From: Eledone cirrhosa
Taxonomy: Eukaryota
Assembly: GCA_964016885.1 (NCBI GenBank)
Contig: OZ024744.1
Coordinates: 27,466,001 to 27,530,000 of the forward strand
DNA length: 64,000 nt
Reading direction: 5' to 3'
The stretch's first letter is position 1. Each line of letters starts with the position of its first letter. Below the pieces are notes generated by a model. The model did not search any database. It was not told the origin of the DNA and saw only the letters and a list, made by a program, of their open reading frames with translations. This document shows, piece after piece, positions 29,418-42,519 of this stretch. Position numbers and translations under genes: made by a program.

Positions 29418-29461
29418 ACATTTTCTTGAGGATGGTTATAAGGGCACTAGGTTGTGCTTGG

Positions 29462-29601
29462 ATACGTAGGTCCCGGGTTGAATCGGGGATAACCACAGTA
29501 AGTAAGGTACTCAATACATGGCAGAGTAAAATTTTACTCTGCCATGTATTGAGTACCTTACTTACCGTGGTTATCCCCGATTCAACCCGGGACCTACGTA
29601 T
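29462..29601. repeat. 140-bp loop-less palindrome
   Basis: ATACGTAGGTCCCGGG...GAGTAAAA|TTTTACTC...CCCGGGACCTACGTAT; one mismatch seen. Confidence 0.95.
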
Positions 29602-29615
29602 ATATATATATATAT

Positions 29616-31040
29616 ATTTCTTTATTAGCCACAGGGGCACAAAAGAAGGGGACAAATACAAAGGGGGAAGTCTACATACAATAAAAACGTGTAAAATGTT
29701 ATCACAAATGGAATTTAAAAAGTTAGTCGATTTTCCCCAATAGAGGGAGACAGTTTATATGGGTAACACATACCCCCGAAAAAAAATGTGCAACCCTCAT
29801 CTCCAGGAGTACGAAGAGCTTGTACTCCTTTCCTCTCCTCCTCCTTTTCCTCAACCTACAGGCTGATATAGAGAGAAGGCCCATTCACTCGGGCCATTCT
29901 CGCCACTTTCACCCACCTTTCATAAAACTTGCTGGGGTACAGCACCTCTCTCTCCATCCTGATTCTTCTTCCAAAGTGGTATTTGAAAAAAAGAATCAGT
30001 TGTTGGCCGGAGAGGAAGGTGTCTGACCTCAGCCCTTTCAACCTTGTCCACCATACAACCTCTTTCGCCATAGCTATCACACAAAGGAAAACCGCCTCTC
30101 CTTCGTTTTTGAAGGAGGGTGGCGGTTTGATCATGACAATGGACTCGGTGGTCAACTGGATCGGTCCCACCCGCGACAATAGTCGTTCTACATAGCCCCA
30201 CAGGTCAGTGACGCCCGGGAAGTGTATGAATGCGTGCGCGACGGTTTCTTCGTCTCGCACGCACCTCGGACAGATCTTTTTGCAGGGTCCCTGCCTGGGC
30301 GCCCATGTCTGTAGAGCTTGTCTCGAACTGGTAGAGCTCCTCGGTAGCACTGCCAGGCCAGGACTTTTGGAAGTTGTCCATCGGTCCCGGGCGGAAGGTC
30401 CTACCGAACAGACTGGCCAGTTCATCTTCCTCTACGCCTAGAGTTTCACCGAGCGCGGCGTCGCACTTGCTGCGGACCAACCCTCTATAGAATGACGAAG
30501 TGGAGTCTCCACTGATCGCCGGGTCTGCCTGCCAGAGGGCTGTGAGCGCCTGAGCACATTCGATGTGCCAGTCGCCCATTTTCCTCGGTCTTTGCTTGAC
30601 CCAGGACTGCAGCTCGGTCAGCGAGACGAGTCGTGGGAAGGCTCGCCTCACGAACGGGGGCCACACCGGTTGTCCGGTGAGGAATACGTAGAGATGCCGC
30701 AGCCTGAGCGCGTGTTTGCCCATCGTCAACCACGGCATCCCCAGCCCTCCGTTAGAAGGGTGTTGGCAGCAGATGGATCTTTTCACCAAAGGAGCCCGCC
30801 TCTTCCAAAGGAATCGGAAGAGCGCGCGCTCCATTTTGGCGAGCGTTTTGGCTGGACAAGGCACGACGGTTAAGCGGTAGTAGATGGCGGACGCTATAAA
30901 AGTGTTCGCCACCTCCGCTCGACCTTTCAAGGATAGTTTGCACTCGGTCCACTTCTGGGTGAGTGCAAACACCTTGGCCGTCACTTCGTTCCAGTTCTTC
31001 TCCACCTGGAGGTCCGGACCAAACCAGACCCCGAGCAGCC
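29616..31040 (-). mobile_element. 5'-truncated Tx1-clade LINE (ORF2 C-terminal half plus 3'UTR)
   Basis: ORFs 30205-31005 and 29856-30425 (LSLKGRAEV, NGGLGMP, CPRC..ETVAH), homologous to the 41-64 kb copies; ends AATAAAGAAA followed by (TA)n. Confidence 0.88.
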
Positions 31041-32049
31041 CGATTTATATATATTTATTAAAATAACAGATTAAAGTTTAAGCAAAGAATCGCTGCTTTC
31101 ACCCTTAACGGGATCTTCTGAAACTAACAAAGTCAATCTGTAAACGCAGAACTGGATATTTCAAAAAACGTTGCAACCGGAGGAAGACAGGAAGACGATA
31201 CTTTGGTTCATGGTGACGTTCGCTGGCAAAGAACGGGAAAAAACGAATAATACGTCATTAATAGGAGCGGTGAAAAACAATTACGCGCAAAGACAGAACC
31301 ACGTTTATGGTATAAAAGAGATCGTAGACTAATGTTCTCTAAATGGTGCATAAAGACGTTCTCTGGCAATGAACGAAAAAACGAAGATAATAAGTCATAT
31401 GTGGAGGGTGGAGAACAATAGCACGCAAAGACAAAACCACGTAAATGGTATAGCAGAAGTTGTAGACTAAAATTCTAACTAGGAGACCGAATGAATCTCC
31501 GCTACAGAGTTAAGGACAACGTAAATAAATACAATACAGAAGTAATAGAAACAAATAAATACATACACGCAAACAGATACGTACATACACAAGCATACGC
31601 AAAACCTTACCATAGGTATACAAAACCACGCACATATAAATATGTGTATGTGTGTATGCTTGTGTACAAATAAATAAATAATTATATAAACGTATATAAG
31701 TAAATAAATACGTATATAACAAGCGCACACACATACCTACAAATAAATACACGAAGGTTCGGAGACGTAAGTCAACTAAAACAAGAAGTACACATATACA
31801 CACACCCACCATACGTACGAACCTGCACACTCACGCGGACGCAAAACTCCCGTATACACATAACCAAACCCTAAATACCAGAATATGTAAAAATTATACG
31901 CTATAACAGTCAAATATACGTACGAGAAGGTATACATACCTTCACAAAACATACGGGTAATATATACTTACCTATGCAAATACGTAAAGGAATAAACAAA
32001 ACATATACTTAGCTCCCACATCAAGACGTAAAATATCCACGTATAGATC

Positions 32050-33741
32050 GTGCTATCCGTTAGAGTATAACGTGGGGCTGTAATACAGGAAAGTTTTGTG
32101 CAATTTATGTTTACAAGCCGAAATTGCCTCAGAATTTTTGTTTAAGATGAGGTCTGTAGCGTAGAGTATTTCCAGGGCCTCAGCGGCGCAGAGGTCACAT
32201 GGTCTTTTATTTCAGTTATACGATCTAGCTCTAGCTAGGATCTCCCAGTGTAACTTATATTGGGTGTGGTTGTCTTTTAGACTTCAGATATAAGCTGAAA
32301 GTGACGTCATATTCCTTCTTAGAGGGTAACGAAAAGAATGGGTATGCAAGTAAAGACGCTGCTTGAATCTATTGGCGGTTAACCCTATGTAGGCCCTACG
32401 GGACGTGGGTGTTACAACCTTTCATTTGTAGACAATGTTACTAGAGAGGCATTTCCCGGATAGGGGACAATCAGCCCGATTCCTACAATTACAGTTAGTA
32501 CTAACTACAGGGTTGCACGTGGTCCTACGGCTAGGTAGTTTAGCTAAATTTGAAGCTGTGATGTTATGTGCAAGGTTAGGAGTCGTAGAGTAAGAAATTT
32601 TAATAGTGTTTCTATTAAAAATGTTACTATGTTTATGTGTACGGGGAAAATGCTTCGTAATAAGGGAAAGAAAGATCTTAGCTAATGGTGTGGCCACCTC
32701 CATATTATATGGTGGGTTAAACCAACAAATGCGACGGGATCTATTTCTTCTAGGTCTATTCTCGTACTCTGTATATGCTACCTTATCGACAAATCCACTT
32801 CGAGCAAGAGCTTCATTGTAATAAGTGGAATGGTCGTTGAAAATGCGCTCGTTGGTGGAAAGACGGGAAAGCCTCAACGAAACGTATTTTACCAGGTTCT
32901 TGGTTATGCTGGCAGGATGGTTGGAATGCTTACTTATGTAATTAAGCGTATCATTCGGCTTTCTATACGGGTAATACAACCCATTCAATAAATTGAGGGT
33001 AACGTCAAGGTAATTAACGACCGAGAGATTGGCCTCAACCTGTATAGAGAGGTTGAAGCTTTTAAAGAAGGCTGTGAGTTCTTTTCTGAATCTGTCGCAA
33101 GCACGAGGTCCGCACTTAGTCATGGTCAAAAGACCATCGTCACGGTACAAACCACCGCCCTCGTTGGGGAATTCGTCCTTGATAGAGAAAAGAAGGAAAA
33201 GGCCAATAAGATCAGTAACCTCCGCAGAGTCACTGGCGCCCATACTCACGTCGAATGGGGTACTATTGGATTTTTTAATCCAAATAGAGTCGTCGAAATT
33301 AATCACCGACTTTCGGGCATTAAGGATGACATCAACTTCGAAATCCTTAACCACTGTGAGTGTTTTAGCGAAATTGATAGCTCTAAGGAGAAGTGGTAAA
33401 GTGATGGAGGAGTAGTAATTGTTGATGTCGAATTGGATAAAACGGCAATGTTCCTTGTTACATATGCCGTTGAACCAATCAATCACCGCGAAAGAATTGT
33501 TCCACAGTGCGAGAGGGGCCAAACTTCTAATTTCAGGTATAATTCTATCAAGAATCGTTTTACTAAGTCTACCTAAATCGGACTTCGTAGGGTTAATAAG
33601 CCGAATAGAGGGGTTGTTCGGAAAATTGGATTTGTGATCCTTCAGGGTAAAGTGGGGAGAGATAGGGTCCAGAGGTTCGGTCCGGTCCAGGATGTTGAGA
33701 TCAGATGTGATTTTAAACCCAGCATCGTTGATTTCACTGAT
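32050..33741 (-). pseudogene. inverted partial copy of the same RT/GIY-YIG ORF
   Basis: ORF 32422-33774 differs from the + copy at about six residues; TGA stops at 32422 and ~32212. Confidence 0.92.
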
Positions 33742-33759
33742 TACTGACTTATATTCATC

Positions 33760-35888
33760 ATGCAGAAACAACATCTGAATATTTCTACAAAGAACATACC
33801 CGTACCAAGCAGGAAAACATACCTAAAACTCCTGATACAGAAAACAGACGCGTTCATTAAAGGTTGCGTTGGCGTGCCTTTTATTTCGATAATCCGCGAA
33901 AAGCAGACAACAAACAGGACAAATTTGGATTTAAAACCTATAATAACCCTCCGTGGAACCCAGCATTGCTACCCTTCGAAAATGATGTCTTGGAACTCAT
34001 TCGGAGTATCAAATTTCGGAATAGGAGCAATTCCTTCCAGCAAGACCTGAAGAATAGAATTCGTTCTATTAAGGATTCTAACGCCGTGCACGTCCATTCC
34101 GACAAAACTGGCAACCTATATCAAGTGGAGCGCAGTACTTACCATCAACTACTACATAATGCTGTAACTAAGGATTACCGTAAAACTAATCGGTGTGTCA
34201 TCAATGAAATCAACGATGCTGGGTTTAAAATCACATCTGATCTCAACATCCTGGACCGGACCGAACCTCTGGACCCTATCTCTCCCCACTTTACCCTGAA
34301 GGATCACAAATCCAATTTTCCGAACAACCCCTCTATTCGGCTTATTAACCCTACGAAGTCCGATTTAGGTAAACTTAGTAAAACGATTCTTGATAGAATT
34401 ATACCTGAAATTAGAAGTTTGGCCCCTCTCGCACTGTGGAACAATTCTTTCGCGGTGATTGATTGGTTCAACGGCATATGTAACAAGGAACATTGCCGTT
34501 TTATCCAATTCGACATCAACAATTACTACTCCTCCATCACTTTACCACTTCTCCTTAGAGCTATCAATTTCGCTAAAACACTCACAGTGGTTAAGGATTT
34601 CGAAGTTGATGTCATCCTTAATGCCCGAAAGTCGGTGATTAATTTCGACGACTCTATTTGGATTAAAAAATCCAATAGTACCCCATTCGACGTGAGTATG
34701 GGCGCCAGTGACTCTGCGGAGGTTACTGATCTTATTGGCCTTTTCCTTCTTTTCTCTATCAAGGACGAATTCCCCAACGCGGGCGGTGGTTTGTACCGTG
34801 ACGATGGTCTTTTGACCATGACTAAGTGCGGACCTCGTGCTTGCGACAGATTCAGAAAAGATCTCACAGCCTTCTTTAAAGGCTTCAACCTCTCTATACA
34901 GGTTGAGGCCAATCTCTCGGTCGTTAATTACCTCGACGTTACCCTCAATTTATTGAATGGGTTGTATTACCCGTATAGAAAGCCGAATGATACGCTTAAT
35001 TACATAAGTAAGCATTCCAACCATCCTGCCAGCATAACCAAGAACCTGGTAAAATACGTTTCGTTGAGGCTTTCCCGTCTTTCCACCAACGTGCGCATTT
35101 TCAACGACCATTCCACTTATTACAATGAAGCTCTTGCTCGAAGTGGATTTGTCGATAAGGTAGCATATACAGAGTACGAGAATAGACCTAGAAGAAATAG
35201 ATCCCGTCGCATTTGTTGGTTTAACCCACCATATAATATGGAGGTGGCCACACCATTAGCTAAGATCTTTCTTTCCCTTATTACGAAGCATTTTCCCCGT
35301 ACACATAAACATAGTAACATTTTTAATAGAAACACTATTAAAATTTCTTACTCTACGACTCCTAACCTTGCACATAACATCACAGCTTCAAATTTAGCTA
35401 AACTACCTAGCCGTAGGAACACGTGCAACCCTGTAGTTAGTACTAACTGTAATTGTAGGAATCGGGCTGATTGTCCCCTATCCGGGAAATGCCTCTCTAG
35501 TAACATTGTCTACAAATGTTAGGTTGTAACACCCACGTCCCGTAGGGCCTACATAGGGTTAACCGCCAATAGATTCAAGCAGCGTCTTTACTTGCATACC
35601 CATTCTTTTCGTTACCCTCTAAGAAGGAATATGACGTCACTTTCAGCTTATATCTGGAGTCTAAAAGACAACCACACCCAATATAAGTTACACTGGGAGA
35701 TCCTAGCTAGGGCTAGATCGTATAACGGAAATAAAAGACCATGTGACCTCTGCGCCGCTGAGGCCCTGGAAATACTCTACGCCACAGACCTCATCTTAAA
35801 CAAAACATCTGAGGCAATTTCGGCTTGTAAACATAAATTGCACAAAACTTTCCTGTATTACAGCCCCACGTTATACCCTAACGGATAG
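33760..35888 (+). pseudogene. PLE polyprotein: reverse transcriptase plus GIY-YIG endonuclease (one frameshift, one stop)
   Basis: STKNIPVP..YLKLLIQKT..FIK/RWRA (frameshift ~33863), FIQFDINNYYS, SMGASDS, GLYRDDGL, VNYLDV, CNCRNRADCPLSGKC, IVYKC*..AYIGLT, CDLC..E..LN..E..CKH. Confidence 0.92.
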
Positions 35889-36841
35889 CACGATCTATAC
35901 GTGGATATTTTACGTCTTGATGTGGGAGCTAAGTATATGTTTTGTTTATTCCTTTACTTATTTGCATAGGTAAGTATATATTACCCGTATGTTTTGTGAA
36001 GGTATGTATACCTTCTCGTACGTATATTTGACTGTTATGGCGTATAATTTTTACATATTCTGGTATTTAGGGTTTGGTTATGTGTATATGGGAGTTTTGC
36101 GTCTGCGTGAGTATGCAGGTTCGTACGTATGGTGGGTGTGTGTATATGTGTACTTCTTGTTTTAGTTGACTTACGTCTCCGAACCTTCGTGTATTTATTT
36201 GTAGGTATGTGTGTGCGCTTGTTATATACGTATTTATTTACTTATATACGTTTATATAATTATTTATTTATTTGTACACAAGCATACACACATACACATA
36301 TTTATATGTGCGTGGTTTTGTATACCTATGGTAAGGTTTTGCGTATGCTTGTGTATGTACGTATCTGTTTGCGTGTATGTATTTATTTGTTTCTATTACT
36401 TCTGTATTGTATTTATTTACTTTGTTCTTAACTCTGTAGCGGAGATTCATTCGGTCTCCTAGTTAGAATTTTAGTCTACAACTTCTGCTATACCATTTAC
36501 GTGGTTTTGTCTTTGCGTGCTATTGTTCTCCACGCTCCACATATGACTTATTATCTTCGTTTTTTCGTTCATTGCCAGAGAACGTCTCTATGCACCACTT
36601 AGAGAACATTAGTCTACGACCTCTTTTATACCATAAACGTGGTTCTGTCTTTGCGCGTAATTGTTTTTCACCGCTCCTATTAATGACGTATTATTCGTTT
36701 TTTCCCGTTCTTTGCCAGCGAACGTCACCAAGAACCAAAGTATCGTCTTCCTGTCTTCCTCCGGTTGCAACGTTTTTTGAAATATCCAGTTCTGCGTTTA
36801 CAGATTGACTTTGTTAGTTTCAGAAGATCCCGTTAAGGGTG

Positions 36842-37525
36842 AACATATAAATATACATGAATAATCAGAGGAGATAATTTTTGCTTGCATGTAACCGCGC
36901 ATAGCTAGTTTAGGTAATATTTACCTTTAAGTGTGATTAACCTTCCTTGTATATATCCCATTGAAGAAATATATTTCACCAATTAATCAGATGGTAAGTC
37001 ACGGAAAGTGGATATTATTGGATTGTCAACAAGGAAAGTAATAATTTCCAGCTATTCGTGCTTACAGAGTAGATCAAATCTTCAACTATCCGTCACCACG
37101 TGTTGCATCCACACAAGATAGCGGTTTCGTTTCATTGGCGTGAAAATGTATTCGATAACTAGAAATAGCAGTCAAATTCTTTTCAACAGAAATAGCTCTA
37201 CAATTAAGGAGCCGTATATATATATCTAAGTCCAAAATTAAGATAAATGAATTAAATGAATTTAATCTAAATCGAAATCATGGGTGCCATGACATAATGC
37301 ATGCGCCATATATCCTGGGAATTTAAGCTCAAAGATAAATAAATCTGAGCATATTATAATAACTAGAGATTGATTAACATATAAATATACATGAATAATC
37401 ACAGGAGATAATTTTTGCTTGCGTGTAACCGCGCATAGCTAGTTTAGGTAATATTTACCTTTAAGTGTGATTAACCTTCCTTGTATATATCCCATTAAAG
37501 AAATTTATTTCACCAATTAATCACG
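36842..37525. repeat. ~148-bp direct repeat pair (36842-36989 and 37377-37524)
   Basis: AACATATAAATATACATGAATAATC...TTTCACCAATTAATCA occurs twice with few differences. Confidence 0.85.
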
Positions 37526-37697
37526 CATCTCAACGTACACCCACTTACATCTCTCTCTCCACCACCGGACCTTGTTACCCGGAGATTTACCCATTTGCAT
37601 TGTCGAGGCTTCCAAACGACTTAAAGATATTTACTTATTGTTCCACAATGCTTCAAGCAAACTTCAATACTGTCATATATATTTATATATGCATTTA

Positions 37698-38072
37698 AAA
37701 GGTAAACAGAAATAACAACACAATTGGTACAGTATATGGAAGGAATATACTGGGTTAACGCTTGAAATAGCAGGAAAGGGGTCTTAACGTTTCGGTCACT
37801 TCATCAGAAGAAAGAATAAGAAATAAGATAGATTGAGGCGACGGGTGGGGTGCAATTGGAAAAAAATATCTTTAGGTAAAATTAACAAGTCCATTCATGT
37901 GGACATGTCTTGGAAGATGTCAACATGAATGGACCATCTTCTTTCTCATTCTTTCATCGGATGAAAGACTAGCGTCCGAAACGTTAAGACCCTCTTTGTG
38001 GTATTTCAAGCGTTAACCTAATATATCCCTTCCATATACTTTACGATTGTGTTGTTATTTCTGCTTACTTTT
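37698..38072. mobile_element. old inverted pLTR pair with degenerate HHRs
   Basis: 37700-37815 mirrors 37945-38070. UCUU CUGAUGA AGUGACC GAAACGUU AAGA at 37782-37811(-) and CGGAUGA..GAAACGUU AAGA at 37958-37989(+). Confidence 0.6.
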
Positions 38073-38073
38073 T

Positions 38074-38925
<852 letters not shown>

Positions 38926-38934
38926 TATATATAT

Positions 38935-39755
38935 ATATTTATTAAAATAACAGATTAAAGTTTAAGCAAAGAATCGCTGCTTTCACCCTGTGTGCGCTTG
39001 TTATATACGTATTTATTTACTTATATACGTTCATATAATTATTTATTTATTTGTACACAAGCATACACACATACACATATTTATATGTGCGTGGTTTTGT
39101 ATACCTATGGTAAGGTTTTGCGTATGCTTGTGTATGTACGTATCTGTTGGCGTGTATGTATTTATTTGTTCCTATTACTTCTGTATTGTATTTATTTACT
39201 TTGTTCTTAACTCTGTAGCGGAGATTCATTCGGTCTCCTGGTTAGAATTTTAGTCTACGACTTCTGCTATACCATTTACGTGGTTTTGTCTTTGCACGCT
39301 ATTGTTCTCCACGCTCCACATATGACGTATTATCTTCGTTTTTTCGTTCATTGCCAGAGAACGTCTCTATGCCCCACTTAGAGAACATTAGTCTACGATC
39401 TCTTTTATACCATAAACGTGGTTCTGTCCTTGCACGTAATTGTTTTTCACCGCTCCTATTAATGACGTATTATTCGTTTTTTCCCGTTCTTTGCCAGCGA
39501 ACGTCAACATGAACCAAAGTATCGTCTTCCTGTCTTCCTCCGGTTGCAACGTTTTTTGAAATATCCAGTTCTGCGTTTACAGATTGACTTTGTTGTTTCA
39601 GAAGATCCCGTTAAGGGTGAAAGCAGCGATTCCTTGCTTAAACTTTAATCTGTTATTTTAATAAATATTTGCTCTTCGGTTCTTATATATTTGATATATA
39701 TTTTCCTTATCGAGCCCTCTTTGGATTTTAGTCTACAATTTTATTATTATTACTA
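38935..39755 (+). mobile_element. solo pLTR/3'UTR of the 31-37 kb PLE family with a 54-bp inverted head
   Basis: 38989-39620 matches 36209-36843; 38935-38988 is the reverse complement of 39614-39667; variant HHR at 39580-39652. Confidence 0.88.
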
Positions 39756-39827
39756 TATATATATATATTCCAGGGAATAGAATATTGATAAACGAAGTTA
39801 ATTTTAATATGTTGACTTACACTTCTT

Positions 39828-39871
<44 letters not shown>

Positions 39872-40042
39872 GGGGGGGGGGGATTTGAAAGAAGCACCAA
39901 CGTTGTTTGACTATGAAAAGTAGTCTTATAAATTCTGAAGACGGAAAAAATTTATATAGACCAGCTTAATAAAGGCGCCAATTAGTCATGCTAACTAAAA
40001 CTATTGATAGACTAGTGATCTATGAAGAGGAAATATGTTTCT

Positions 40043-40044
<2 letters not shown>

Positions 40045-40074
<30 letters not shown>

Positions 40075-40090
40075 CATATATTAAAAACAC

Positions 40091-40129
<39 letters not shown>

Positions 40130-40203
40130 ATACATATATGCATAAATATAAACATACATACACACACATGTATATATATATATATATACATATATATACA
40201 TAC

Positions 40204-40273
<70 letters not shown>

Positions 40274-40325
40274 TTATATACATATATATATATATATATA
40301 TATTTGTGTATATATATATATATAC

Positions 40326-40360
<35 letters not shown>

Positions 40361-40369
40361 TATATATAA

Positions 40370-40404
<35 letters not shown>

Positions 40405-40532
40405 AATATATAATTATATATATACATATATATATATATATGTATGTATATATATGTATATATATATATGTGTATGTATGTATGTTTATATATATATATA
40501 TATATGTGTGTGTATGTATGTTTATATTTATG

Positions 40533-40580
<48 letters not shown>

Positions 40581-40590
40581 TATATATATC
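40045..40590. repeat. (TA)n-rich microsatellite mosaic
   Basis: Read directly. Confidence 0.95.
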
Positions 40591-41138
40591 TTATAGAGAC
40601 AAGGGAGATGGTTGATGAGTGAAAACAGGAAGACACAACAAAAAATGTAATATCTCTCTCCTCAAAGTTAAATCTCGGGAGAGGAATACGGGATATACGG
40701 TATTTAATATGTTGATTTATTAACTCCATTTTCTTCTCTCGTTGATTTTTTTTCACAAAGAATGTTGAGATAGTTATGTTAGATAGGGAGGGTCATGTTG
40801 TTATAATATTGCCAGGAAAATTATAAGACACACTCACTGTTTGATTTGATAGCTATGTATAGAATTACACGCTCCGATTGCCCCCCCCCCCCCTCCACCA
40901 CCACCACACACACAAAAAGTGGTTGGATTAAGGTTAATGTGTGCTGGGAGTTTCGGTTCTCTCCCAAACGAAACACTTCCTCCTCATCATCATTATCATC
41001 ATCATCAACGTCACCGTAGTCGTCGTTGTCGCAATTGTCATTCTCCTCATCTTCTTCTTCTTCTTCTTCTTCTTCTTCTTCTTCTTCTTCTTCTTCTTCT
41101 TCTTCTTTTTCTTTTTCTTCTTCTTCATCTTCTTCTTT

Positions 41139-41306
41139 ATCGGTAGAGAGTCGGACACCATGCTTTGAAGCATAGATTTACGTCCCTTTATGATCTCAGT
41201 TCAAATCCCGCCGAGGTTAACTTTGCCTTTCATCCTTATGGAGTCGATAAAATAAAGTACCAGTAATGTACTGGGTAATTGCTGGCCTTGTGCCAATAAT
41301 AGAAAC
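41139..41306 (+). mobile_element. Meta-domain tRNA SINE following a (CTT)n tract
   Basis: Matches 59572-59758 and 16808-16995; B-box-like GTTCAAATCCC. Confidence 0.85.
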
Positions 41307-42081
41307 TTCCAGAAATCCCTGGTCTGGCAGTGCTACCGAGGAGCTTTGCCAGTTCGGGATAAACTCTACAGGCATGGAGGTGCCGTCAGTCAGGCATGTC
41401 CGGGATGCACGCAGGGCGACGAAACCGTCCTGCACGCAGTGTCCGAGCATTGCTGACTTGTGGATTTATGTTGAACACCTGCTCTCGCGTGTAGAACGGA
41501 TCCGGCTATCAGCTGAGTCCATCGTGAGGATTTCCCCGCCCTCTTCCTTTAGCCGGGAAGTGCAGGCAGTTTTTATCTGTCTGCTGGCCATGGCGAAAGA
41601 GATAGTATGGTGGACAGGTTTGAAAGGGCTGAAGACCAGCACTTACCTCTTCGCTGATGACCTGATTAACTTTTTCAAATTTCATTTGCAAAAGAAAATC
41701 AGGGTAGAGAGGGAAGTGCTCTCTTCCCAGCATTTTGTTGAAAGATGGGTGAGAGAAGCAAGAATGGCCCGAGTGAATGGGCCTACTCTGAGTATATGTC
41801 TGTAAATTAAAGGTGGAAAACTGGGAGAGGGCACTTGCCTTGGTGGTCAGGGTCACTATGGCCTTTTAATGGGCTTTCTCCACAAATGTCCCTCGGAAGT
41901 CTCCCCCCCCCCCTATTGGGGAATTTTTCATTGTTCTTTTATTACATCCTCTGTTTTTTTTTGTTTTTTTTTACACGCAGAAATACCCATTTGTACCGTC
42001 CTGTATTTTCCTGTACTGTCCTTAATGTCTACTTTGTGTAAACCTTTCTGATTAATAAAGAAAGCATTATTATTTATTATT
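41304..42081 (+). mobile_element. Tx1 LINE 3' fragment with (ATT)n tail
   Basis: Homologous to 62328-63118; ends AATAAAGAAAGC(ATT)n. Confidence 0.88.
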
Positions 42082-42519
42082 AGGAAAAGTCAGTGGGCCT
42101 GCAGCTCGGCACCTGAAGAGGCAGGTCCATGCCGTCCAACAGCGTCGTCGGGCGCTGGACGGACGGACCGGTTAAATTGCTAGGGGTCTGGTTCGGTCCG
42201 GACCTCCAGACGGACAAAAACTGGGGCGAGGTGACGAGCAGGGTGGCTTCTCTCACCCAGAAATGGGCGGAGAGGAAGCTATCCATGAAAGGTCGAGCGG
42301 AGGTGGCTAACGCGTACATCGCGTCCGTCATCTGCTACCGCCTGACCGTCGTACCTTGTCCTAAGCCCCGCCTGACTGCGCTGGAGCGTTTGCCCTTTCG
42401 CTTTTTGTGGAAGGGACGCAAATGCCCATTTGTACCGTCCTATATTGTCCTGCACTGTCCTTAATGTCTACTTTATGTAAACCCTTGTGGTTAATAAAGA
42501 AATCATTATTATCATTATT
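42082..42519 (+). mobile_element. internally deleted Tx1 fragment
   Basis: Matches 56279-56615, then jumps at ~42419 to the last ~85 bp of the 3'UTR and (ATT)n. Confidence 0.85.

Larger units (their letters stand above)
31052..36843. mobile_element. near-complete Naiad-type Penelope-like element forming a ~5.8 kb palindrome
   Basis: Left arm ~31098-33741 is the reverse complement of right arm 34201-36843; a ~460-bp spacer holds the ORF N-terminus. Confidence 0.95.

Noticed and set aside
32422-32424. TGA at a Cys position as selenocysteine (some Naiad PLEs encode selenoproteins)
   Set aside because: The other arm has TGT here, the CxCx5Cx5C cysteines use normal codons, the same arm has another TGA replacing a Gly codon, and I could not identify a SECIS.
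39928-39958. TATAAATT CTGAAGA CGGAAAA AATTTATA as an HHR
   Set aside because: No stem II and no UH cleavage site; at best a collapsed remnant.
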